From NCBI GenBank assembly GCA_030146365.1, contig JASLBU010000187.1, forward strand, positions 49-64,048: DNA of 64,000 bases. The letters run 5' to 3'. This document shows, one piece after another, positions 8,652-16,777 of the stretch (the stretch's first letter is position 1; each line of letters begins with the position of its first letter). A model generated the notes under the pieces. The model was not told where the DNA came from, made no database searches, and saw only the letters and a list, made by a program, of their open reading frames with translations. This DNA comes from Candidatus Limnocylindria bacterium. Lineage in GTDB: Bacteria > Chloroflexota > Limnocylindria > QHBO01. The position numbers and the translations under genes were made by a program.

Positions 8652-10334
8652 TCAGCCTGCCGAGGTCGTTCCCGACCAAGGGAGCCGGATCGTGAAGGTG
8701 GACCCCGATCCCTCGGTGCTCTCGACCGCGAGCGTGCCGCCCAGCTGCTCGAGCACCTGACGGCAACCGGCCAGCCCCAGGCCGATGCCTCGCAGCATCG
8801 TGGCGTTCGATCCGCGGCGGTACGGCTGGAAGATCCCGCCCAGCTCGGACGCGGGGATGCCGATCCCCTCGTCTCGCACCGAGATCGCCACCTCACGGTC
8901 GCCGGCGCGCACGTCAATGGTCACGGTTCCGCCGTCCGGGCTGTACTTCACCGCGTTGTCCACCAGGTTGTCCAGCACACGCTCGAGCCGACCGGTGTCC
9001 CAGGTGCCGATCAGGACCGGCTCGCCCCGAACCTGGATGCTGTGGCGCTGCGCCCTTCCCCGATGCTCGTCCGCGAGCTGCGTCAGTACGGGAACGAGGT
9101 CCGTCTCGACGAGGTCGAGCGGCAGCGACTGGCGCGAGCGGATCATGGCCACATCCATGAGCTCTCCCACCAGGCGAGCCAGCTTGCCGGTCGTGCGCTC
9201 CGCGTTCAACAGGTTCCGCGCCAGCTCCTCCGTTCCGCTCCCCGCGTTCTCGAGGCGGCTGAGCCGGCGCTGGGCGAGCTGCACGTTCCCCAAGATGGCC
9301 TGGAGCGGCGTGCGCATGTCATGGGATGCCATCGCCAGGAAGTCGTCACGCAGCCGCAGCGCCTCCTGCGACTCGTGCAGAAGCCGCGAGTTGTCGACCG
9401 CGAGGGCCGCTCGCCCCGCCAGGTCCATGAGGAAAGTGCGGTCTGCCTCCGAATACTGGTGGCCGGACTCCGCGCCGGCGAGCGTCATGGCGCCGAGCAC
9501 CTGGCCGCGTGCGATGAGTGGCAGGATGGCGACGGAGCGCAGGCCGAGCTGCCGAAGCAGCTCCAGGTGCTCCTGGTCGGTCGCGCGGGCGCGAAGCATT
9601 TCGTCACCGATCTCCGGGAGGATCAACGCCTCCCCCGTAGAGATCACCGTCGCGACGCCACCGCCCCGCTGGGGGTCCGGCGGATAGCGCCGCTCCAGTT
9701 CTTCCACGAGGAAACGCATCTGCGCGTCCGGGTGCGCGACCGCCGCGCGGTGCACGCCGTTCTCCGCCAGGACATCGACGACACACCAGTCGGCCACGGC
9801 CATGACAACGGTCTCGGCGAGCGACTGGAGCGCGGCCTCGTAGTCCGTGGTGGCCGCGACGGCCGCCCCGGCATCGGCCAGCAGACGAAGCCGCTCCTCC
9901 GTGCGCTTGCGCTCCGTGACGTCCTCGAACGCGTTGACGACGAACCGCACCGTCGATCCGTCGACAACCGGCGAAGCCTTCACCACCGCCCACCGCTCGC
10001 CCGGTTGATCCCGGACGCGGAATCCGACCAGGGAGGCAGGCTCGGCTTCCCCCCGCAACGCGCGGCGTCCGGGCAGGGAGTCTCTCGAGAGCGGCTGCCG
10101 GCGCTCGTCCATGAGCTGATAGCGACCCATGACGTCTTCGAGCGGCGCGGCCACCAGCGCGTCAGCCGATTCGTAGCCGCTCTGTCGTGCAGCGGCCTCG
10201 TTGGCAAACAGCAGCCGTCCGTCCGGCCCCTGGACGGTGAAGGGGCCCGCGACGCGGCGCAGGACCTCGATCAAATCTTCGGCGCCCGCATCCCACCCCG
10301 CCTCGACGCGCTCCGTGTGTCCGGCGTCGCTCAC
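8652..10334 (-). CDS. Sensor histidine kinase (PAS - GAF - HisKA - HATPase_c), cytoplasmic
   Basis: H-box LAMASHDMRTPL, N-box DNAVKYSPDGG, G-box GIGLGLAGC, and a GAF-like middle region are present. No TM segment is evident. Confidence 0.85.
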   Translation of the reverse strand: MSDAGHTERVEAGWDAGAEDLIEVLRRVAGPFTVQGPDGRLLFANEAAARQSGYESADALVAAPLEDVMGRYQLMDERRQPLSRDSLPGRRALRGEAEPASLVGFRVRDQPGERWAVVKASPVVDGSTVRFVVNAFEDVTERKRTEERLRLLADAGAAVAATTDYEAALQSLAETVVMAVADWCVVDVLAENGVHRAAVAHPDAQMRFLVEELERRYPPDPQRGGGVATVISTGEALILPEIGDEMLRARATDQEHLELLRQLGLRSVAILPLIARGQVLGAMTLAGAESGHQYSEADRTFLMDLAGRAALAVDNSRLLHESQEALRLRDDFLAMASHDMRTPLQAILGNVQLAQRRLSRLENAGSGTEELARNLLNAERTTGKLARLVGELMDVAMIRSRQSLPLDLVETDLVPVLTQLADEHRGRAQRHSIQVRGEPVLIGTWDTGRLERVLDNLVDNAVKYSPDGGTVTIDVRAGDREVAISVRDEGIGIPASELGGIFQPYRRGSNATMLRGIGLGLAGCRQVLEQLGGTLAVESTEGSGSTFTIRLPWSGTTSAG

Positions 10335-10335
10335 C

Positions 10336-10707
10336 TCAGGCCACGCACTGCGATACGCAGGCGCGGCTCACGACGTCCAGCAGCCGGTCGATCGCCACCG
10401 GCTTCTGCAGCCACCAGCGCGTCCCCACCTGGGCCGCCTCCTCCTGGATTCGGTAATGCGCGGCGACCACGACGAAGGGCAGGCCGCGCTGGCGCAGGTG
10501 CGCCGCAAGCTGCCAGCCGTCCATGCGCGGCATCCGCAGGTCGACGATGGCGACGCAGGGCCGGGCGGCCAAGTCGAGCACCTCGAGCGCCTCGAGGCCG
10601 TCGCCGGCCTGGAGGACATGCCAGCCCTCGTCTCGCAGGATCTCGACGTACAGCGCCCTCAGGGACGGATCGTCCTCCACGACGAGCACCGAACCACCGG
10701 TCGTCAT
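10336..10707 (-). CDS. Stand-alone response-regulator receiver domain protein
   Basis: VLVVEDDPSLR, VAIVDLRMPRMDG and a conserved Lys in LQKP are present. It starts 2 nt downstream of the kinase stop. Confidence 0.8.
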   Translation of the reverse strand: MTTGGSVLVVEDDPSLRALYVEILRDEGWHVLQAGDGLEALEVLDLAARPCVAIVDLRMPRMDGWQLAAHLRQRGLPFVVVAAHYRIQEEAAQVGTRWWLQKPVAIDRLLDVVSRACVSQCVA

Positions 10708-10757
10708 GCCGGTGATCCTAGTCGACGGCCCCGCGGCGGACGCAATGAGGCGTCGCG

Positions 10758-11210
10758 TCAGCCCGCGAGCGAGGCGACGGCCGCGCCCGAGAGGCCGGTG
10801 GCGTCGAGAATCGCCATCGGATGCACCGGCCGGCGAAGTCGGATGGCGTCGACGGCCTGCGTCAGATCCTCGAGGGCGGGGCCGAAGCTATCGGCGTCAT
10901 GGCAGACCACGATCACGGTGCCACGCCGCCGGCTCGCGGCAAGCCCCCGCGACAGCTGGTTGATCAGGGCCACCGGGTCGCCCGGCGTCGCGTCGTACAG
11001 GACGAGCCCGTAATCCCGCTTCCACACGCGGTCCACGGCCCGATTGGTCATGCCCAGCCGATCGACGTCCACGCCCATCGTGAGCGAGAGCATCTGCTCG
11101 ATCCTCGTGACGGCCGCCTCGTCACCACCGATGACGCATGCGGCCTTGTCGGTCAGGTCAACCGGGGCGATGGACGAGGTGGCGGGACGGCCGTCTGCCT
11201 GACGAGCCAA
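10758..11210 (-). CDS. Receiver-like (pseudo-receiver) domain protein; start uncertain
   Basis: REC-like topology, but the acid pocket is degenerate (CVIGGDE, and VLYDATPGD in place of the phospho-Asp block). The Arg-rich N-terminal part of ORF 10758..11366 is probably not coding. Start tentatively placed at TTG 11210; ATG 11093 is an alternative. Confidence 0.35.
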   Translation of the reverse strand: MARQADGRPATSSIAPVDLTDKAACVIGGDEAAVTRIEQMLSLTMGVDVDRLGMTNRAVDRVWKRDYGLVLYDATPGDPVALINQLSRGLAASRRRGTVIVVCHDADSFGPALEDLTQAVDAIRLRRPVHPMAILDATGLSGAAVASLAG

Positions 11211-11487
11211 TCCGCGGCGACGGAGCCTTGCGCGTGCGGCGCACGTCTCCACGTGGGTGCATGCCCACGCTCGCTCATCGGCGGGCGACACCGGTCGGAA
11301 GGCGTTGCGACCACTGCGCCCGCAGCGAATGCACGTCCGTTGGCGTCGAGACGATCCCCCTTGCATGCCTCATGGCAATGCAGTGCGTGTGCCAGCCCGC
11401 AGGTATTGACTCCAGCCACTCGCGCGGTCGTGCGGAGACGGAGGCGGATGCCGCATACTTCACTCGTTACGCCCAGGGAGAGAGCCG

Positions 11488-11937
11488 GTGTCGCAGGCCA
11501 CGGACCGCACGCGCGCGCAGGACGGCAATCCGCCGGCGGCCGCCGTCGGCAGCAAGCACATCATGGTCGTCAACGACACGGAGGAGATCATTGAGCTCTT
11601 CCGCGACATCCTCGAAGGGATGGGCCACCGGGTCACGGCCACCACCTACGCGCCGGACGAGCTCAAGGAGATCATCGGCCACGAGCCGGACCTCGTGATC
11701 CTGGACCTGGTCATCGGCGGCGAGAAGGTGGGATGGCAGCTGGCGCAGAAGATGCGCATGGCGCGAGAGACGGAGTCGATCCCGATCGTCATCTGCACCG
11801 CCGCCACCGAGCAGGTCCGCGAGCAGGAGGGCTGGCTGACCGCACAGGCGATCAAGGTGGTCCTCAAACCGTTCACGATCGACGAGCTCGAGGTCGCGGT
11901 CACCAAGGCGCTCTCACTGCCGGGGTTGCGAAGCTAG
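11488..11937 (+). CDS. Stand-alone receiver domain protein (atypical acid pocket VVNDTEE)
   Basis: REC fold with phospho-Asp in LVILDLVIGGEK and Lys in LKP, but the first acidic pair is replaced by N-D-T-E-E. Confidence 0.65.
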   Translation: MSQATDRTRAQDGNPPAAAVGSKHIMVVNDTEEIIELFRDILEGMGHRVTATTYAPDELKEIIGHEPDLVILDLVIGGEKVGWQLAQKMRMARETESIPIVICTAATEQVREQEGWLTAQAIKVVLKPFTIDELEVAVTKALSLPGLRS

Positions 11938-12274
11938 CCTTCGCCCCGAGCGTCAGATGGCGCGCCCGATCGCGATGCGCGCATGACCGCTACGATGCCC
12001 ATGAGGCCCGATCCGAGGAGATTGGCCCCGGCAGAGAGCGGGTGACGGCGCCGGCGAAGCCGCCGATGCCGATGAAGATGACCGGGGTCACTGGCGCGCT
12101 CCTCTGTGGTACAGCCGAGCCTGCCGATGGAACTCCGCAGCGTGGCGTAGACCCGGCGGCGGGTCTCGGGTGCGGTGGCGATTCCTGATGATGAGACCCG
12201 ACGAAGTGCCGTCCGGCGCTCCCCTTCGAGGGCGGCGGCACCATCATGCGCCTCCGCGCTGATACGCTTCGGCC

Positions 12275-12616
12275 ATGACATCCATGAGCCGACGCACCGA
12301 TATGGTGCCCGTCCTGTTCAAGGGTGGTCCGCTGCACCGGCAGGTCCACGTGTGGGCCAAGGCCGACGCGGAGGGCGCCACCGTCGTTCGGATGGACCAC
12401 GACGGGGGCAGTGGCTTCTACATCCGATCGCGCCGATGGCGCAGCCTGCTGAGCACGCACCGGGCACTCATCTACGCGTGGAAGGCTGAGACGTACCCAT
12501 CGGAAGCGCCGCGACCGAGCGCGGCAGCAGCAGTCCGCGGCGCCGACCGGGGGCGCAGCGGCAAGACCGGAGCGCGTACGCTGGACGAGTCGGAGAGCCG
12601 ACCCCAGGCGTCATAA
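12275..12616 (+). CDS. Hypothetical small protein
   Basis: ORF with uniformly high GC3 (MTSMSRRTDMVPVLFKGGPLHRQVHVW...). No recognisable domain. Confidence 0.35.
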   Translation: MTSMSRRTDMVPVLFKGGPLHRQVHVWAKADAEGATVVRMDHDGGSGFYIRSRRWRSLLSTHRALIYAWKAETYPSEAPRPSAAAAVRGADRGRSGKTGARTLDESESRPQAS

Positions 12617-13117
12617 CTGGTCTCGGCGGTCGGAGCGCCGAATGCGGCTCATGACGGCGAGCAGAAGCATCCCGGTCCCCGCCAGCTGCCACGGCCAGCT
12701 CCCGGGCGATGGGAGTCCCGTGTCGGGCATGCTGGCGCCGAACCGGTCGGCGAGCTGCTGCAACCGGGAGTCGGAGATGCGGTGCGTCAGCTCGCACAGC
12801 CCGGTTGCCAGCTCGCCGTTCCAGATGTCGTCGCCGGCCAGGACCAGGTAGGACCCGCCGGGCTCGAAGCCACTGCCACTGACACCTGCTGGAGGATCGA
12901 AGGGCTCGATCGACGTGACGGTCCCCGCCGCGATCACCCGCCACCGCTCGGATCTGGCGTGGCTGCCGTCCAGGACTGACTCGATGACACCCGGCGTCTC
13001 GCCCGACTCGCCGCAGCTCAGCCCGACTGACGGGCCCACGGATGTCGCCAGGGCGGTCGCCGCCAGACTCACTGCGGCGCTGCCGAGAAGAGCAGATCGA
13101 GAGCGACTCACGGTCAA
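12611..13117 (-). CDS. Hypothetical secreted protein with a C-terminal anchor-like signal
   Basis: N-terminal signal-peptide-like segment (SALLGSAAVSLAATALA). The C-terminus is LPSPGS followed by a hydrophobic stretch and a basic tail (LLLAVMSRIRRSDRRDQL), an architecture reminiscent of cell-wall sorting signals. Confidence 0.5.
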   Translation of the reverse strand: MTVSRSRSALLGSAAVSLAATALATSVGPSVGLSCGESGETPGVIESVLDGSHARSERWRVIAAGTVTSIEPFDPPAGVSGSGFEPGGSYLVLAGDDIWNGELATGLCELTHRISDSRLQQLADRFGASMPDTGLPSPGSWPWQLAGTGMLLLAVMSRIRRSDRRDQL

Positions 13118-13140
13118 GCCACCCCTCGTCAGCCGGGGGT

Positions 13141-13216
13141 GGGGTGGCCTACGGGGCTCGAACCCGTAACCTTCGGAGCCACAATCCGATGCTCTGCCAT
13201 TGAGCTAAGGCCACCA
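13141..13216 (-). tRNA. tRNA-His (anticodon GTG), with genomically encoded G-1 and 3' CCA
   Basis: Manual fold of the minus strand: G-1 plus a 7-bp acceptor stem GTGGCCT/AGGCCAC, D-arm GCTC..GAGC, anticodon stem TCGGA/TCCGA with loop TTGTGGC, T-arm ACGGG TTCGAGC CCCGT, discriminator C73, then CCA. All features match tRNA-His. Confidence 0.85.
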
Positions 13217-13287
13217 CGAACCGCGCGTGGACGAGCGCGGGACGGCGGGTATCGTCGCCGATCGGCCGTCAGGGCGCAACCGACCGA

Positions 13288-13545
13288 TCAGTCTCCTCGC
13301 CCGCGGAAGATGAGCAGGATGAGCGCCGCCCCGATCGTGGCGATCACGAGCGCACCCAGCCATCCGTCCGCCTCGGACATGCCGAGAACGTTCACCCACA
13401 CGAAGCCGCCGATGAGGCCGCCGACGATGCCCACCAGCATGGTGCCCAGGCACCCCATGCGCTGGCGGCCGGGGACGAAGGCGCCCGCGATGGCGCCGGC
13501 GAGGAGCCCGATGATCATCCAACCGAAAATGCCCAGGTCAGGCAT
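13288..13545 (-). CDS. GlsB/YeaQ/YmgE-family stress-response membrane protein
   Basis: 85 aa with two Gly-rich TM helices (GWMIIGLLAGAIAGAFVPG...LVGIVGGLIGGFV), typical of the transglycosylase-associated protein family. Confidence 0.75.
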   Translation of the reverse strand: MPDLGIFGWMIIGLLAGAIAGAFVPGRQRMGCLGTMLVGIVGGLIGGFVWVNVLGMSEADGWLGALVIATIGAALILLIFRGRGD

Positions 13546-13631
13546 GTGATGTCCTCCTTCGACTGTCGTGCCGGCGGATCATGACGGGCGGATGGTCACC
13601 CTGGAGCGAGAACGCCGCACGCCGTGCCGCC

Positions 13632-14117
13632 TCAGTCCTCGACCGTCCGGGTGAAGTCGACGACGACCGATCCCTCGGTGACCTCCGCCGGGAAGCGCTG
13701 CAGCGGCTGGCCATCGGCCTCGACCGGGAGGCCCTCGAACGTCCAGGTCCGACCGTCGCAGTCGGCGAGGCGGTCGGCGGCCACCTCGACCGGGCAGTCC
13801 GTCCGCCCGGGGCTCGCGGCGTTGAGGACCGTCACGCCGCCGAACGAGGACTCCACCACGATGATGCGCAGCTGCGATCGTCCGTCGCCGGCGTCCCGCT
13901 CTCCATCGTGGCCGTAGGACCGCACCAACAGCTGGTCCCGTTGGATCGGCCCCTCGCTGACCTCCGACAGGGTGGCGACGATGGTGACCGCGTCATCCCT
14001 GGGCGGCGCGAGGCTGAAGATCGCCGGCCGCACGAGCGCCGCGATGCCGAGGCCAGCGAGGGCGATCAGCAGGCAGCCGATGGCCGCGCGCCGAACCGGA
14101 ACCGGTTCGTCATGCAT
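13632..14117 (-). CDS. Hypothetical membrane-anchored protein (N-terminal TM, extracytoplasmic domain)
   Basis: TM segment AAIGCLLIALAGLGIAALV followed by a soluble domain. Its start overlaps the upstream metallophosphoesterase stop by 8 nt. Confidence 0.55.
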   Translation of the reverse strand: MHDEPVPVRRAAIGCLLIALAGLGIAALVRPAIFSLAPPRDDAVTIVATLSEVSEGPIQRDQLLVRSYGHDGERDAGDGRSQLRIIVVESSFGGVTVLNAASPGRTDCPVEVAADRLADCDGRTWTFEGLPVEADGQPLQRFPAEVTEGSVVVDFTRTVED

Positions 14118-14808
14118 GGCAGCCGACCTCCGAGTCGGGCGGCAGCAGCTCCACGATCGTCGCGCCCGTGCAGTTGTAGAAGGTCGTGACGTCGTGGGTG
14201 GCCATCCGGTCGTCGATTCCCCGCCGCACCAGCGCCGTGTGACCGTGGAGCCAGAGTGGCGGGCCGATCCGGTCGACGAACCATTTGAACGCGGGGAATC
14301 CCCGGTGCGCCAGATCGGTGTCGTCGTTCACTCCGCGTGGAGGCGCGTGCGTCACCACCAGCAGCGGACGTCGCGCACGGGCACGCGGCCACGCACCGAT
14401 CACCTTCCTCCACATCCCGACGGACGAGACCTGCATGCCACGCTGGTTGTAGCGGGGTGACCCGGAGAAGCCGATGAGTCGCAGCCCGGACTCCTCGACG
14501 ACCCTCCCGTCCACCATCGGCTCAGGGAGGAGAACACGCTCGGTGTGCGCCCAGGCGGCTCCGACGTCGTGGTTGCCTCGGACGTACCGCAGCGGCGCGT
14601 GGAACGCATCGGTCACGAAGCAGAGATAGTCGGGCTCCAGGTCCCCTGCGCCGATCACCAGATCGACCTTGCCGATCGCCTCGCGCGTGCCCGGCGAGTC
14701 GAGGCTCTGATCCGGTTCGTCGCTCACCGCGAGGATGCGGATCGGTCGGCCCTCTCGGCCGGCGAAGGGGACGGGGTCCGGCCACCTGATTCGGAGCCGA
14801 TCCGTCAC
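14110..14808 (-). CDS. Metallophosphoesterase (calcineurin-like phosphoesterase family)
   Basis: GDxxD (GAGDLEPD), GNHD (YVRGNHD), VTHAPP and HGH blocks are present. The first DxH block is atypical (AVSDEPD). Confidence 0.7.
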   Translation of the reverse strand: MTDRLRIRWPDPVPFAGREGRPIRILAVSDEPDQSLDSPGTREAIGKVDLVIGAGDLEPDYLCFVTDAFHAPLRYVRGNHDVGAAWAHTERVLLPEPMVDGRVVEESGLRLIGFSGSPRYNQRGMQVSSVGMWRKVIGAWPRARARRPLLVVTHAPPRGVNDDTDLAHRGFPAFKWFVDRIGPPLWLHGHTALVRRGIDDRMATHDVTTFYNCTGATIVELLPPDSEVGCHA

Positions 14809-15491
14809 ACGTCGGACCGATCGTCGCGTGCCAGTTCCTGGCGGGAGAGCTCGTCCTCCGGCGTTCGCTGCTCGACAGTCCGGGACATGCGGCCGGCCGC
14901 AGCGCGACGCACCGATTGCGAGCCGATCAGCGCGCCGGTGTCCAGGTGCGTATGCCCCTGGGTGCTGATGCCCGGCAGGGTCAGCTGCGTGACATCGGCG
15001 TCGATCTCGATCGCCCCGGCCAGGCGGGCGCCGGCCACCCGGTTGTGGCCGTCGGCGACGTAGTACTCGTCCCCCACCTGGACGAGCTCCACGGGAGGGA
15101 GCATGACGAGCCGATCCATCGCCGTCGTGATCCGTTGCCAGCGAGCCCGCCAGTTCTCCCCGCGGAGACGCGGCAGGGGCAGGAAGTCGGCGGTGTTCTG
15201 CGATGGGTGGCGCATCGTCCCGACGATGCGGTCGATCTCGACGCTGTGCAGCCCGATCCCCCGCCGGGGGGCGCGGCTCGCCTCCGGGTGCCGCTCGTAG
15301 AGGGAGGGAAGCACCGACCGAGCGGTCTCGCGATCGGCGGCACCCGGCGAGCGGCGCAGGATCGCCTCGAAGACGCGGTTCGCGAACGTCCCGACGACCA
15401 TGAGCAGCGCGAGCCGGGACAGGACCCGACGGGCCTCGGCAATGAACGAATGGATAACGGGTGGCATACGAACCGGTAGCGGGTGTTGCAC
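14805..15491 (-). CDS. ParB/Sulfiredoxin-like nuclease-domain protein
   Basis: ParB N-terminal-domain signature VELVQVGDEYYVADGHNRVAGARLAGAIEI (DGHxR motif), with a hydrophobic N-terminal segment. Its stop overlaps the downstream metallophosphoesterase start by 4 nt. Confidence 0.6.
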   Translation of the reverse strand: MQHPLPVRMPPVIHSFIAEARRVLSRLALLMVVGTFANRVFEAILRRSPGAADRETARSVLPSLYERHPEASRAPRRGIGLHSVEIDRIVGTMRHPSQNTADFLPLPRLRGENWRARWQRITTAMDRLVMLPPVELVQVGDEYYVADGHNRVAGARLAGAIEIDADVTQLTLPGISTQGHTHLDTGALIGSQSVRRAAAGRMSRTVEQRTPEDELSRQELARDDRSDV

Positions 15492-15567
15492 CCCGTACTA
15501 TGATGCCTCATCCGAGCAGGGGCCATTCGGCCCACGTCTGGCTGCCGATCACGAGGAGTGAGCCCAC

Positions 15568-16662
15568 ATGGCGACCGTCACGTTCGACCACATGTACAAG
15601 CGGTACGGCGACGACGTGGTCGCCGTGAACGACCTGAACCTCGAGATCGGGGACGGTGAGTTCATCTGCCTCGTCGGCCCCTCCGGTTGCGGCAAGACGA
15701 CCGCCCTCCGCTGCGTGGCCGGCCTGGAGGAGATCAGCGATGGGCGCCTGCTCATCGGCGACCGCGTGGTGAACAACGTGGCTCCCAAGGACCGCGACAT
15801 CGCGATGGTGTTCCAGAGCTACGCGCTCTACCCGCACATGTCGGTCTACGACAACCTCGCCTTCGGCCTGAAGCTCCGCAAGATCAACAAGAGCGACATC
15901 GACCGCCGGGTCAAGGAGGCCGCCGGCATCCTGGGCCTCGACAAGTTCCTCGACCGCAAGCCGCGCGCCCTCTCCGGCGGGCAGCGCCAGCGCGTCGCGC
16001 TGGGGCGGGCCATCGTTCGGGAGCCGTCCGTGTTCCTCATGGACGAGCCGCTGTCGAACCTCGACGCCAAGCTGCGCGTCCAGACGCGTGCCGAGATCGC
16101 GCGCCTCCATCAGCGCCTGGGGACCACGACGATCTACGTCACGCACGACCAGGTCGAGGCCATGACGATGGGCGACCGCATCGCGGTCATGCGGGACGGA
16201 TTGCTCCAGCAGATCGGGACGCCGCAGGAGCTCTACGACCACCCGGTGAACATCTTCGTGGCCGGCTTCATCGGCTCACCGTCCATGAACTTCGCGACCA
16301 CCAAGGCGGAGGGCAAGGACCTCATGTTCGGTGGCTCGAAGCTCGAGCTGGCCGGCGTGCAGGCCCGCGCGGCCGACTCCCGTCCGGACGGGGCGAACGT
16401 CCTGATCGGCTTCCGACCCGAGCACATCGAGATCGCCAACGGCACCGCCGGTGTCAACGCGGTTCGCTTCCCCGCCAAGGTGGACGTCGTGGAGTACCTA
16501 GGCAACGAGGAGCTGATCCACGCGCAGGCCGAGGGGAGCGAGATCGTGGCCCTGCTGCCATCCGACCGTGACGTGAAGGTGGGTCAGACGGTCGACTTCA
16601 CGGTGCCGATGGACAAGCTTCATATCTTCGACCCCGACTCGGAGAAGACCCTGGTCGGGTAG
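15568..16662 (+). CDS. Sugar ABC transporter ATP-binding protein (MalK/MsiK/UgpC-like)
   Basis: Walker A GPSGCGKTT, signature LSGGQRQRVALGRA, Walker B FLMDEPLSNLD and a C-terminal TOBE-like regulatory domain are present. Confidence 0.9.
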   Translation: MATVTFDHMYKRYGDDVVAVNDLNLEIGDGEFICLVGPSGCGKTTALRCVAGLEEISDGRLLIGDRVVNNVAPKDRDIAMVFQSYALYPHMSVYDNLAFGLKLRKINKSDIDRRVKEAAGILGLDKFLDRKPRALSGGQRQRVALGRAIVREPSVFLMDEPLSNLDAKLRVQTRAEIARLHQRLGTTTIYVTHDQVEAMTMGDRIAVMRDGLLQQIGTPQELYDHPVNIFVAGFIGSPSMNFATTKAEGKDLMFGGSKLELAGVQARAADSRPDGANVLIGFRPEHIEIANGTAGVNAVRFPAKVDVVEYLGNEELIHAQAEGSEIVALLPSDRDVKVGQTVDFTVPMDKLHIFDPDSEKTLVG

Positions 16663-16777
16663 CGCCCCGCGTACCTGGTACGAACGCGCCACCACTCCGC
16701 AGCCACGCGGCTCGGACCGGCCGGAACCAACAGTGCGCCAGGGCAGTGCCCGCGCCACAGGACAGGTGGAGGAACTC

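Noticed and set aside
8568-10715. 715-aa ORF on the plus strand
   Set aside because: It is antisense to the histidine kinase and a receiver gene, which carry clear H-box and G-box motifs on the minus strand.
11990-12460. 156-aa minus-strand ORF ending in a hydrophobic peptide (VIFIGIGGFAGAV)
   Set aside because: It is mostly His/Arg/Pro-rich low-complexity, and it overlaps the better codon-supported plus-strand ORF 12275..12616. I kept the region only as an unexplained gap.
13139-13549. 136-aa ORF on the plus strand
   Set aside because: It overlaps the tRNA-His gene and the YeaQ-family gene on the opposite strand. The composition is Pro/Arg-rich and non-coding-like.
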